DNA from: Styela clava
Taxonomy: Eukaryota
Length of the DNA stretch: 64,000 nt
Assembly (NCBI RefSeq): GCF_964204865.1
Contig: NC_135253.1
Location: forward strand, 5,208,001 to 5,272,000
Direction: 5' to 3'
In this document: one piece after another, positions 13,340-27,200 of the stretch
Layout: every line of letters starts with the position of its first letter
Position numbering within the stretch: position 1 is the stretch's first letter
The notes under the pieces: generated by a model
The model's input: only the letters and a program-made list of their open reading frames with translations
Databases searched by the model: none
What the model was told of the DNA's origin: nothing
Translations under genes and position numbers: made by a program

Positions 13340-14135
13340 TACAGCAATAAAAATTCTGAATCAGGATTAGTTTTGGTTTCTGCTTACTTAGTACTAAATT
13401 GATTCCTCGCTACCAAAAATCTGGGAAACCCTTGGGCATATTTTCCAATAGATAGATAGAAGTGCCAATGTTGCAGTGGATAGATTTGAGTTTGAAGTAT
13501 TTTCAATTTAGCATGTTATTATGATTGTGGTATCTTTGCATATGTAAGGGATATGTTTGAACAAACAATTAGAAATGTAAACCGTTTTTACATGATCCAA
13601 AGTGCCAATAAAACTGAATATTCAGGGATGCCCAAAATGGATCAAATTGATTCAAGATAAATATATTCAATATTTTGAATTCTTGATAATTAGTAATTAC
13701 AAATGTTATTCAATTTGGAAATTTTCTTCAATTGAAGTCTCACAGTATTTCATTTATTCCCAAATGTAATAAATACGAAACCAAACATACCAATGTTCAT
13801 CTTAACTCTCATGTACCCATGACTTTGTATTCTTGTTTAACATCACCCAACTTAGAGTGTATTCAGAATAGTAAATCGTTCTGGTCTGGGCCATCCCCTT
13901 AAATCCATTTTCTTGACATCATTTCTTGCATGGGATTTTGTTATGTACATCGTACAATCTGGGATAATTTTTTAAAGAAATTTATAATATATTTTCCTTT
14001 TGTGCATGTTCTGCTAACTGTAATATACAGATTGAACTAGAGAGGTCTGGCTGTTTCATGGAATTATTTTCACACAAAACTGCTAATACGGTATGTTTTT
14101 GTATTCTATAGTATGCAATTTAGTTGTTTATAACA

Positions 14136-15572
14136 ATGAGTTTATGGGGACGTTTCCTTCGTGAAGCATCTGAAACCACTTGCTATACAAATATTTCAAA
14201 AAAATTTATATCAACATCATGTATGGCAAATGCTGGCTTTCAAGGGCGATCAGGGATCAGTGCATCTTCCGAAATGAGACAGAGTCAAATAACAAGAAAA
14301 AGACGTGTTATTTTGAAACTTGAAAAAATGCCTCTCCAACAAAAACCAGTTCAGGACTTTCAAATTAAATATTCATGGAAAACAGAACCACGGTAACACT
14401 ATTTTTTGTATATGAACTGACTGGTTTCATGCTGTATGTAAAATTACAATAAAGTTAATGATAACAGTATTTGAATATTTCACACATTTTATCCCAGGGA
14501 GAGGAACTCCGATAACATGACTTAATCATATGGCGAACCCTTTCATTTGGTTACCACTACCAGTCCATATCAGGTATGGTATTAGTTAGTCAGTTCTTTG
14601 TTTCAGATGTATGGACTTGATGGAGAAAGAAGCCATAATGAGGGAGATATGGTAGGAGTGATTGAAGGTGAAATCTAACTCTTAGCACAATGTGCCTCCA
14701 CTGAGCGTCATTATAATGACGATTTTTTCATTACCTCTAATTTGAGCTACAGATTTCAATGGTATGCTGTTGTTTAGGCAAAGATCTCTTGAGCCGCTCA
14801 CCGCAGAAGAATTGGAGCGAAGAATATTATTACAAAAAGAATGGAGTAAGTTTGTAACAAATCGTAAAAAGAAAGAAGATGAAAAACTTCTCATTCTCAA
14901 GGAATCTCAGGTAGTGTACTTATCTTTCTGCAGGAGAGTCACAGATAGTATCACTAGAGTGCAAAAATAACAATTATTTATACTCTGAGAAATCATACAG
15001 AAATTAAAAACATCCTACATCCATGAAATTGGTGTACTCGATATAGTAAATTGATCTTAAGAGGAATTTAGAGTATTTCCATCTGACTTGTCAGTTTAGG
15101 AATTTGCCATCTCATGGCCGGAGACAAAAAAATATTTTATTAATTAAATTGTTATCAAGTTACACTCGGTTTAGCCGATTTCTCCGTTAAATTCAAAATC
15201 TTCGATATCACACATTTGAAAATATAATTCAGAACGTATTCATAATTTTTTTCAAATTTTGGCTCTCCGTGATTAAGAAGGACAAATCACTACAGATATC
15301 ACCTGCTTCCTGTATCTATTTCTTCTATTAATTACATTGTTTATTTCCCTGCTGAAGCAAAAGTATATTGAAATCATTCATACTCCCTCTTTACACTACA
15401 GGAAACAGCACTGTATGAGTTACGCCTAGAATCTGAAGAACTTTACCTTGCCGCAACGGAAGTAGATGAAAACCTCTTTCCATTTGCCATGGAAGGCCCT
15501 ACAGAAACTCCCCCCAACAAAAACTATGTAGCACCATTGGGAACTTATATCCAGAGAGAGGAAGAGAATTAG
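14136..15572 (+). CDS. MRPL40: Mitochondrial ribosomal protein L40 (mL40), 3 exons
   Basis: Exons 14136-14392, 14778-14910, 15402-15572 with GT-AG and matching phases; basic N-terminal presequence; ELERRILLQKEW and ALYELRLESEELY..NLFPFAMEGPTETPP..NYVAPLGTY resemble MRPL40. Confidence 0.9.
14478..14690 (-). mobile_element. tRNA-derived SINE, decayed copy in MRPL40 intron 1
   Basis: Similar to the 3' half of the SINEs at 30769-31058 and 38999-39347. Confidence 0.6.
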
Positions 15573-16231
15573 ACTCTAGAAAATCTAAGAAAGGGACGAT
15601 TAATGGAGCTTATATTGCAGGGATTGCGAACCAATGCCCGCCATGTTTTTAGGTGACATGCGAAGTCAACGAATTAACGCTAAAACAATTCAGCGATAAA
15701 AACTTGAATATTTGAATCTAACAATATCTGAACTACTGTGCAGCTATTAACAACAAATGCTGTTATTTGAAATAGCAATACAATTAATAACAATACATTT
15801 CTCACAACTTGTTTTGTAATAGCACACAGAGGGGGAGAATGTACCAGAACTAATTGCTACTTCACGGTTTACTCCGATATAATGTCGCTTGGAAAACAAT
15901 TTTATTGGCGTAAGCGTAAATAACAATGGAGCAACATGGGTTGAAAACTCCAGAATGGAGGAGTTCCTTTCAATTCAGTAATTCTTACGCATCAATTTTG
16001 ATAAAGTCAAGGGTCAGAAATTTCCTTAATTTTGATAGAATTGCTGTGTGAAAACCACATAAGAATTATAAAACTCTCAGTAAAGATACAACAGCAACTT
16101 TGTTCGACATGTAATTGAAAAAAGCTTGTCGTTTCCACATGACTCACCACACCAGTTTTTTTTTAAATAAACTACCTTGTTATCTGAGAGCTCGGCTGCC
16201 TCAGGTAACCAACAAACTCCATAATGAAGAC

Positions 16232-17620
16232 TAGAGCTGGGCAAAATATTCGAATAGCGGATCGAATATTAAATTATTCGAATGGCATTTTACTATTCGA
16301 ATATCCGGTACCACGTGACCTGCGCCACTGCTTGGACACGGAACTCGCGCGTCTCTGAATCGCGCGAGAATTCACCAACAGCGCTCACTATCAGAAAAGA
16401 GCGACAAATTTGAGAAATCGTTGTCTTTGCGTTGTGGTGTGATTTGCTTCCTTTTTGCGCCCAACATATCGGTTTCAATTCCCTAATATTGCAAAAGCAC
16501 GTACCGTAAAGTAGTTATCAGCCGCTTCATGTATGACCCGAACATAAAAGTGATTATCGAAAATCAAAATTACGTTTTCGAGAAACTATACATAGTAAAA
16601 CACTTATAAGCTATAACCAGAAAAGAAATGACAAGCCAAACTCCATTTAATGTATATTCTATGAGCTCTTCAGTGATCCCTTCGATCTATTCTATGACCA
16701 AGTAATGTTTCGTAAATGTGAACATTTTTTTCGGCCATGCATGGCGGGTTTGAGTGATAAAATCGTGAACGAGAGTAGATCGTAAAATCAATCGTGAATT
16801 TCGATGTCACAATGCACACCGTCTCGTTTGCGAATTGTTGCGCCTATGACCATCGGAAATGATTACATTCGTTATATTTCGAACATTTTTGCACCAATAA
16901 TTACGCGACATTATCAAAATCATCAAGTGAAATGGTGAATTTGCAAATTCCGTAAGTAAAATTGTGACGTGACGTTGAAACTTGAAAGAATTAGTTATAA
17001 TATGTATCTGACCCACTTTTCGGCACATAAACACTCGAGCGCAAAATGTTTTTAGCATTAGATCGCATATGTAAAAAAAAATATCCCTCGAGAAGTGCTG
17101 TTTATTACCGTCATCGCGTCTTATGACCACATAGAAATTGCCTTTGTTGTCGAATTATTCAATCATATTTTAAATCAACATTCAGGATTGATGCAATCGC
17201 TTTGCGAGGTTTATCCTTCTAACACGAAAATAACACAGACACCATAGAAAAGTATAAGAAAGTTCATCATCGTCATAATAAATATCTGCATCTCGGTATC
17301 GATAATATTACCGCTCGCTTAAAATTCGGACGGTAAAGTTACAAAAGTTGTCCACCAACCCGTAAGAATGAATCCGTACAAAAAAAGAGAACGGGCGGGA
17401 ATATAGATTACCAACTTCAGGATATCGCCGTCAAAACGATTGTGATGACAAAAACAATCGGCGATTAGGGCGAAATTAACCAGGCAAAAACGCTTTGTTG
17501 CCGATTTTTATTTGATTATTTTTTTATTTGATTTTCAAAGAGAGTATCGGCCGACGAAAAAATATTCGTTATTCGGTATTCGTTAAAAATGAAAAACATA
17601 TTCGATTTTGCCCACCCCTA
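16232..17620. mobile_element. Non-autonomous hAT(Ac)-like element, about 1.39 kb
   Basis: TIR TAGAGCTGGGCAAAA / TTTTGCCCACCCCTA, subterminal TATTCG repeats, flanked by direct repeat ATAATGAAGAC. Confidence 0.8.
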
Positions 17621-18251
17621 ATAATGAAGACCCTGTATGCCGAGGCAGATACAAAACGATTTGCATAAATATTTTAATTGCAAAAATTTACAAATTGAAT
17701 TAAAAGCATATTACATTATTTGCAGTGTATTTCTACATATAACTGGGCTGACATATGCTTAGTACAGACCTAAACGCTTAAAGACAGTAACTCACAGTGC
17801 ATGTCTAAAGACAACCACTCGTCTTGATAATAGTCTTCTGATATAAAACAGATGCTGACTTCCGGGGATTGTGCTGATTCAACACATACCTCCAAAGACT
17901 GTAGAGATAGCAGTCGTCATAGTTTACGATTTTTTTGTTATTTTTATAGCAGTAGTAAGCTAATGTTATGATAGGGCGGACTGGTGTAAAAGTGGCCAAA
18001 TGCTTAAAATTCAAAACTATTTCATTTATAATGGCTGAAATAGTTCGCCAATATATATATATTTCAAGTTTGTAATTGGAAACGAAAAGTTGCAGATGTG
18101 AATGATTCTACCTGGTCAATAACAAGAAATACGATGAAACGAAATATTAAAAATGAAATTTCACAACAACGTTTATTAACATCAATTGAAAGAAACTACA
18201 TGGTCATTGTGGCACTTACGGTAAATCTTTATCAAAGCCAAAATTTTAGAA

Positions 18252-21200
18252 TTAAAATAAATAAATCAGCAGCCTGACTTCTTTTCATTCATCGTTGCAA
18301 ATGCTGCTTCAAATCGTTTGCATAAATCGTGTGAATTTTCTGGTTTGATGATAGCACCATGAAACGCCATATTTGCAATTTCATCTCTGTTTGGTGGTTC
18401 CATTAGTGCTTGAAGAGCACATTCATGTTGTTCTTGCACTCTTCCTGTGTATCGAGAAGGAAAAATGTTTGTAAGTAATGTTTATATATTGGGGGACAGA
18501 CGTTAGTTTCATCCCACGCATGCTGAAGTGCGGGGATAAGTTCATCAACAATGCACTATGTTAGTGATTGAATATTTTGTTATGAAAATGGCGTTCTGTT
18601 ATTAGAGTCGACACGTCGTTTACCTATGTATTCATGTTAAATAGCATGTCATTCTAATTGATTATAAACACTGATTTTGTTTTTGGAGCAGATTTTTACT
18701 TAATTGTTGCTGTAGGAACTGGAGTTATATATATACCGGTATGTATAAAATCAAAAAGCCTTGAAAAAATGCAACATTTTTGTGGTCAAATTTTTTTTAA
18801 TCCACAGCCAGTAGCTGTAAATATGATCAAAACCTTGTGCAAGTATTTTTCGAACGGCACTCCTTGTACAAACACATTTATAAAATGCCAATAAATCAAA
18901 TCATTGTTGTTTATCATAACTTTCGTACATGTTCAAATACAAACTAATTGAATTCTATGTGTTTTTTGTTGAATTATATTATGGAATATTACCTTATAAT
19001 GCATTCTGAATATATTATCGGTTCTGATAATTTAACATTCACAGGCACAGCATTTTGTTAACAAATATAAAAATGACAAAAATTTTTATATAAGTTTTGC
19101 AATATCTGCATCAGTGAATGTTTAATTCTCAATCAGCATTTCATTGCATATGCTTATTTGTCTATAGAATGTTGAATATGTACAAGAATATTGCAAAACT
19201 CTTCAACATTACACTCAAATAACAGACTATAATTTACTGCAATAATAGGTACTCCCGTAGTGTGTGTACCAGGTTAGGGTTAGGCCATAATTTTATTCCG
19301 ATTTTCCTTATTTTAATTCTATTACAAGTTCAGGGACTGTCTGTAATAGCCAAGTGAATATACCCCCTTGTCCATAGGTTTCAGTCCCTGTACACAACCT
19401 GATGTAAAGTAGGCATACAGAATTAGTTATTTCCGTATTGGTACACATTCTTCTGGAGCGCCCAAATAATATGATATTTAATGAACCATTCCCCAGACAA
19501 CTAAAAAGACTAAACAAGCTAACATTACATACAGTACCTGGACTAACATCCAAATCACACCAGTCACTCCTTATTTGTCCAAGCAATGTTGTTCTGTTGG
19601 ATTTTACTGGAAGAAGATGAATCCATGGTATTAATGATTCAATTAAGATATTAATACCTTCAATTGCAACATCTTCTTCAGCTGAATTTACTTTTGCTAT
19701 TGCTTCTTGGTGAATTTTCTGAATTGAAAAAATACATACGATTATATTAGACAACTACAATTATTCTATCAGCGAGCGCATTTTCTACTTTTATTTATGT
19801 GTTGGAGAACTTGGAATAAAAAAAATGTATCATGACACGAACAAATCTAAATTTACTGTTGACATACTGTTCCACTCGGAACAAACAAGCATTCAAGAGT
19901 CAAAGCCTTAGGTTCCGGAGTCGTATTTACAAACTGCTCAGAGTTGGGCAATAATTATACATTATCCAAATTCAAATTCAATTCAAGAGAAACTGTAGGG
20001 TAACAGTTTTTTTTAAATCCATTAAGCGACTGGAGAATATATAGTTTGCAATATTGTTATTATACATTTGTGTAAAGTTTTTTTCAGTTCGCGGTATTTT
20101 AATATTATCAATTTCAAAAATTATGTAGCTCTCACATATTTCTGACTCGCTGCACGCGGCTCTTATACTAAAAAATTTTGCCCACTCCTGCTATAAGTAC
20201 TCATTTGAATTGTTGAATTTTTATCTTCAACTTTTTAGGTAATCCCATGGCCTTGCTAAATCATGCTCTTTATTTTTTTTTAAATGCACTCGACAAAATC
20301 AAGATATTCCATTCATACCTCTATAGAATATGATATCAACCGTCTAGCAAGTTCCCAGTCTGCAAACAAATCATCTCCCACTGCTTCATCAGCACTTGTA
20401 CTGATTACGGTATCATTTAATGTTTTTACATTTGCAAAATAAGGTAAAGCATCAGCATATCTTCCGCTGTTATAAAGTTCCATTCCTTGTATTAAACAAC
20501 AAGTAGCCTTGCAGAAATAGCAGTAATATCTGTTCCATTTCTAAAATTAAAAGTAGAAATTGACAGCCAAAGTGTAGAATACTTCGATATGAATAGACAG
20601 GATAGGTCTGTATATACCAGAATAGTCTACCCCAGTGTAAAAACACACATAAAATACAGACAATAACTTGTGAGCATTTTGTAGAAATTAGCAATATGTG
20701 TAAATAATTTTCTTGATAATTTCCATTGCAGTCCCAGCGCATGCCAAGTCATGGTTTTATGCTTGCCAATCATCGTAATAGACATTAGTCATTTTTAACT
20801 CATCCAACATTTTACTCAGCAAATGAGGAAGCTCAGTAAACGAACCAACTCAATTGATTATTAACTGGAAAGTTTGGAAGGACGCAATAACATTGCAATA
20901 ATTTTAATAAATAAATTGAAACCACTATTTAACCACTAAATAAATTGAAACCATTAAAAAACTATATTATGTAATGAATGTAATTCTACTCGAGTTTGAT
21001 AAATTTGGTCGACTCCTACCTGGTAATCACTGTCATTTTTATCTTCAGGTGACAACATCCTCAATTTTTCTTTGGCACATTTCATGATTTCTGTAGATCT
21101 ATTATCATAACTCATTTCGTCGTCTGCAAATTGTTCAAGTAATGCTCGTTCAATGATCTGAAATGATAAAATGTTTTTTATGAGTATATTTTAGCCTCAG

Positions 21201-24200
21201 CTTTTATGTGAGGGAAGCCAAGCTGGTAATATTATGGTATGGTAGGAATGTCATGAGAACCTATTGTAAACACAATCTGTGAATGATTTGATGAGAAGCT
21301 ATTTTTTTGAATTCAGGTAATCATTTTTGTGAAATTGTAAGTGATCTTGGGATTTGAGAGTCTTGCTGCGCCCCCGTGAAATGTATTTCTGTGACGCTTG
21401 CTTGAAAAGGTCTGACACAGTCAGGGTGTGTAGAAACTATAAAATAATCTCAAATCCCAAAGTCTGGTGATCTTTACCCTTGCTACAACATCCATGCATA
21501 GTACCCACCCGGCCACCCATACAAATCCACCAATGCAAAACACAGAGGATAGGTAGTTAGTTAGTACCGTAGTTAGTCTTGCTCAGACACTTTAAAACTA
21601 TATTAGGATATGTCAATTTTGATGTATGATGATTTTGTTATAAAATAAAGTCTATGTACAATGAAATCACAGGTAGAACTATTCAGTTATTTCTCTACAG
21701 TACCGTCTATAACTTTTTATCAAGTAAAAGTTTGAAAGAGAATAATATCAATGCTCACCTTTCTTGGTGCCTTGTTCCTGAACATATATATAACTATATG
21801 TTGAAGACGAACATCCATATCAGTCCTTGTATCTAATCGCTCTATCTTTCGAAGTCTATCCCATTCATGTTTCAAAACCTGTAAGAATATTTAAATAGAA
21901 AATTTTGAAGCAAATCTCAATCAAATAAAGGAGGTTTCGAACGAATCTGTTTGAAATTAATCATACTTAATGTTTCAAGTCCATAATTCCTGGGATAATT
22001 TAAAAGCTTAATATAAAAACTATCATTCTGACATGACATGAGCAAACTAACCCCCGCAGGCCAAATCCGGCCCGCTGGGTAATTCAATCTGGCCTGTCTG
22101 ATGCTGCCACAACCAAACAATAACCAAATTTTGATGATTTAGCTAGAAAATTGCTCAAAGAATTTGTTGAGATTGCGATTAAATTTGGTTTTGGCTCAAG
22201 GATTATTGTTTTCCACTTTTGATTTTGTAACACCATAAATATTTTTTATAAAATGAAACTTTTTAGGTCACACTGACATGGCCTGTCTGTCAAGGTAGGC
22301 AAAATATTTGGCCCCTGGTGCAAAAACTACCCCTGGTCTAAACCGAAATGTTTTTCATTCAAGTAAATTTTTGAGATCTGTGACAAATATAAAAATAATC
22401 AATACACAACACACACTCGAGCAAGATTTGTTTGCTAAGTGAATAAATATTCTTCAAAAGTAGGCCGTGCTTTCATGTACCAAATCCTGACTGATATAAT
22501 GAAAAGCAGTGAGGAAATGAAGTGAAAGAGAAAAGGAGTGTTTCCAATCGGTAATCACACAAGTGAGTATCTACCTCAAGAAGAGCAGCTTCTGGACCTT
22601 TCATGTTGAATGTGTCAGTAGCAGATGCAATAGCCAGCATACTAGTTTGGTGAGTGAGATTATGAATTTCCTACAAGAAAAGAGAAGGAAAGATGCCAAC
22701 TTATCACATGGTGGATAGATAGATAAAGAATAATTGTTCGTAGAATTACAGAGAAAGATGAAAGAAATACTGAAGCTCAAAACAAAAAAAAGACTGATAG
22801 ATAGAATAGTTACATGAGGTATGACTTTGAAAATGAACACAACCATCTTAGGGCTATATGATTAAACTTACCATATCGAAAAAGTCTTTTATGTTGACAT
22901 CATCTTTATAGTCTTGACAAACTTGTTGGATTGCCTTTTTACAAGCTTCTACATGCCATGACGACATAGAATCTTTGTTCGAAGAGTCGGCTTGGGTTAT
23001 TCCTGAACAACAAAAATCCCATTAATTTGTGAATGTTAGTATGGAATTGCACTGATTTGAACAATGTGAATCGGATGTGCTCTGTACCATTAGAAATACA
23101 TTATTTGCATATTTTCTAATTATACATGATTTCTCACACATTTACGGTAACCATTTCTCTCTGTGAGTAAATCAAGGAAAAAGCTTCCTAGTGCACATAT
23201 CTGAGATGCCAGTAGGCTCCACACCTCAGCCTCAACTCGCATTATTGTCTTGCAGCCCTGGGACAACGCCAGATAACTCTCCAGTTTTTCGGTTCAACGG
23301 TCTCGCACAAGATGGCGTAGAATATGTGACTCAATATATATATGAATGTTCATGGTAGTATATATTTTCAGATTGGTAAGTTTTCTATGGTAGCATACCA
23401 TTAGGTTTCTCTTGGACATCCATTGATGTTGCTTGTGCATCAGAAATGTCCTGTTGTCCCTAAAGAAAAAAAGTTTATTTGAACTACATCAGAGATTAAT
23501 ATTAATGACTGCTATTTCAGAAAATTCCAGTGAAATTTGGCATTGAAACTCAAATAACACTTAAATGACTAATTTTTCAAAAGCGGAGCATTGTAAATCA
23601 ATCTTCATCTGCTGATTTTAGCTGCAGATGACAGTATGGTTGCATATGCAAAAGTTGCTGACTTGGAAACTGGAATCAAATTGAAAAATGTTGACAGCCA
23701 GGAATCAAGTTCTTTTTACAGGGCTCAAATCACTCTTACAGTTAATGAAAGTATTTTAGCTTGTTCCAAATCCCACTCTTCCATTTCGTTTGCAAATTCT
23801 GTATTGTGTTTTTCAATTAGTTCTTGCAATTCAGTATGAGCTGATAACACTTTTTCTCCGTTGGGTGTACCTGGCACAAAAATGTTCATTTAAGCTCATT
23901 ACAAAAAATAAATTTGTTTTGAGGAATAAAGTTTTGTAAAAATCTACTTCTAAAAAAACTACTCTACAAGGTTGTCTTGGGATAGGATATAACAAGGTTT
24001 CAAATTTTTTTTATTCCAGGGAAAGGAAAGTCGATAAGATGGGTTAACCATATGGTGAGCCATGGGCATTAATTCAGCTACCAGTCTGTGTCAAGTATGG
24101 GAATAGTTAACCAGTTTTTCATTTCAGATGCATAGACGAAGCCGTAACAAACTAGGGGTTATGTGACCCAACCCAATGTGGCTAGTCCAGCAATCCTTTC

Positions 24201-27200
24201 GCAATTAATTTTTCCCAATGTGATTCCAACCTGTCAAGGCTGTCAGCCAAGATATACAGAGGTGTGTTGGCAAGTGAGTTCCAAGTGTTTAACACAGTGT
24301 TAAAACTATCTAGCCAGTTTGCAATTCAATCTACATTTTGTGATGTCATAACCACATAATATTCACAGAGTTTAAATATAAATATTGTCTAAAATAGGTA
24401 GAGTCAACAAATTGGGAAAAAACACAATGATTTTTTAATGGGAAGTTGCTTAAAAACAAGTCGCAGGCCAGATGCATGTCATCGTTTTGAAAGTTCTTAT
24501 TTGGAATAATTATGATATATTTGGATGCCTACATATTTCGAGTTAGCGTTCGAGTTTACAAATTAATCTAGAATAGAAGCTTTGAGTCAAGTCAAGTTTA
24601 TTTTTTTCAACCAGTAACTAAAAAAACAATAGAACACAGAAAATACAAAAAATATGAAAAGTACAGTTTTACTAGGGAATGAAAAACATGGGCAATCATA
24701 GCTACTTATCAACACTGACACCCAAAGTTCAAATTTCTAATTTGAAAAATTAAGATTTTAAAGTTAGGAAACTACTTTTTTTAGATGGTGAGTACCGTAC
24801 GAATCATTAATCTAACATCGCTTAATAGAGATAGTTAATTCTCAAAATAGCATTAAAGAGTTGAAACACCAACGGCTAGAGGGGAAATTTCCCAATAACT
24901 GGCGAATATTTTATGTACCGGTAATAACATACAGCAACTTACCCATCAACAATTCTTCTTTATTCTTATCAATATACATTAAACAATAAGCACTGGTAGA
25001 TCCCATTCCTCCTCCTATTGAATCTTGAACTAATTCATCCCAATTTGATTCCCTTACATCAGTATCGTTGAATTTCAACCATTTTGATTTTTGATAATCT
25101 CGAACATAGGCCCAGTAATGACCTAGAAATACAAATGACAAAATTATAACATTACTATTGGAGTGGTATCTTATATTCTAAGTGCATTAATGAAAAAACT
25201 GCAGGCAATAGCAAATTCACAGTGTTCTTGAGGACAGTGTAATACATTTGTTAACAACAAAAGTAGCTGCTGAAGTACAGGATGACCCATGAATTTCTTA
25301 ATTCTTGTACCAAAAAAAAACAATTTTAACACTTGAACTTCTTTCTGTTCATGTACGTTTACACCCAAATATTCTATTGTGGTGATTTTGTGAGTGCAAA
25401 ACGTTAGAGACTACACGCAGATAAAACAGATATGATATTTTAAAAATTAGTGGTTATACACTCAATAGTAGAAACAATAATAAGGATTATTGCATAGAAC
25501 ATTATAAGCCGATCACATTTATAGCAAGATTACTAACACAATATTTATCATTCTCGGACGACTATATCATACATACATACAACTTTAGCCCCGATACAGT
25601 TGATACACAACAAAAAAATATTTGTAAATTTCCAACAAAACAGAAATCCAAAAATTGATTTTAGTTTATTAGGCCTATTGAATTACATACGCCGCTATGC
25701 TCACCTGCAACTGCATAACCTTGATGCACCAAAACTGCATGTAAACTATAAGGATGTTGTTTAAGAGCTGGATCATCGTACATTGACTCAATCCTTTTCT
25801 GAATGTCATTGATGTCATCTCGAAGAACTAAAGAAAAAAGGCATTCAAAAACCATAGATATAAAACATTAAAAAAAAAAATATGCAAATTTAAAAAAAGT
25901 TTCATTTCTTTGTTCAATACTAGACTACTCTAGCAATCACCAATATATGTACCGGTAATGATACTGATTCTTTTTTCGGCATAGTGTACAAAATTTATTA
26001 ATATAAACTCACAAAAATAATACATAGATCACATATGCAACCTATTAACAGCATGGTAGTCTTTCTTTGTGCAATTCTTATTCATACATTTAACTCAGGA
26101 AAAATGCCTTGTACAATCAGCCATTGATCACACGATATGTAAAGAGTTACTATTTTTCTTTGGATTGGGACCAGTATCTTTTTGGTTCTGCATTTATTAC
26201 ACTTTGGGTGGGTGAGTGGGGGGCATTGGATTCGAAGTAAAGATGTGCAACACGTAACGCCAACACAGTTAAGTATGCAAACCCCCCTTGTCAAATTTCA
26301 TTCTTTCTGTTATTTACACTTTACCTTGTTGTCTAGCACATTGAATACCCCATGTACAAACCAAATTGATTACTCCATATTCTATTTGTATGGGTGACAC
26401 AAAAAATACACAAAAAACAAAAAGATGTTCGGAAATTGAAATTAAACAATGAGACCATCACCCAATCAAGCTTGGTGTCATATAAGACTTATCAAATTAT
26501 CTCGTTAAACAATTACACTCCTGTTTGTACAAATGCATTTTGTGAAATGCAAACAAAATCTAGTTGATATATACCAGCTCCAACAAACCTTCCTTTTCCC
26601 TCTCGAGTTCTTCGAGCCATGTTTTCAAACAATGTTCCACTACAGATGCATTAGCAATTTTTTTGTCATTATTACTGACTTCTTCAATATGCTGCGGTTC
26701 GGTCACATGATCACCCGACCCATCGTCAATGTGTTCTGCAGTTGACGATTGATCCGTTGACGAGTTTCTGCTCCTTTTGTTCAAATGGCTAAAAAAAATA
26801 TATACTTCAATTCTATTTTCGATAAAACGTTTTTATGAGCGCTTCACATCTTTACCCTGAACTAGGCTTTGAACAAGCATGAACTGATTATGTGAGCGGC
26901 TACTGATATTGGAAGGATAGAAATCTTTTTTCTGTGATTCCGTCATCATCCAAATTCATACATTAGGGACGACTATCTGATCAACCATTCTCTTAACTAA
27001 CCTGGCTTGGTAATCTCATATTTAGTCATTGTTCGCTATATCATATAGGCCAATGATTTTGCCTTCTTCTCATCAAAAATAGATATAAAAAAATCTATAT
27101 TTCTAAAAAAATAGATTTACCTTTTATTTTTGGCATAGAGTTTTCTCTTTGAAGCAGCAAATTCTGTGCAGCATCTCAAAACGTCTTGAATAGAATAACT

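Noticed and set aside
19270-19285. TTAGGG units as a telomere or interstitial telomeric array
   Set aside because: Only about two units, always inside the MITE family.
20550-20855. Possible extra USP25/28 exon (QWKLSRKLF...) with a non-canonical acceptor
   Set aside because: Exon 20319-20540 already supplies the homologous sequence with canonical sites, and the acceptor near 20855 leads to immediate stops.
22490-22850. Purine-rich coding-like stretch (similar one at about 31230-31610)
   Set aside because: Multiple stops and no diagnostic motif; possibly old retroelement debris but not assignable.
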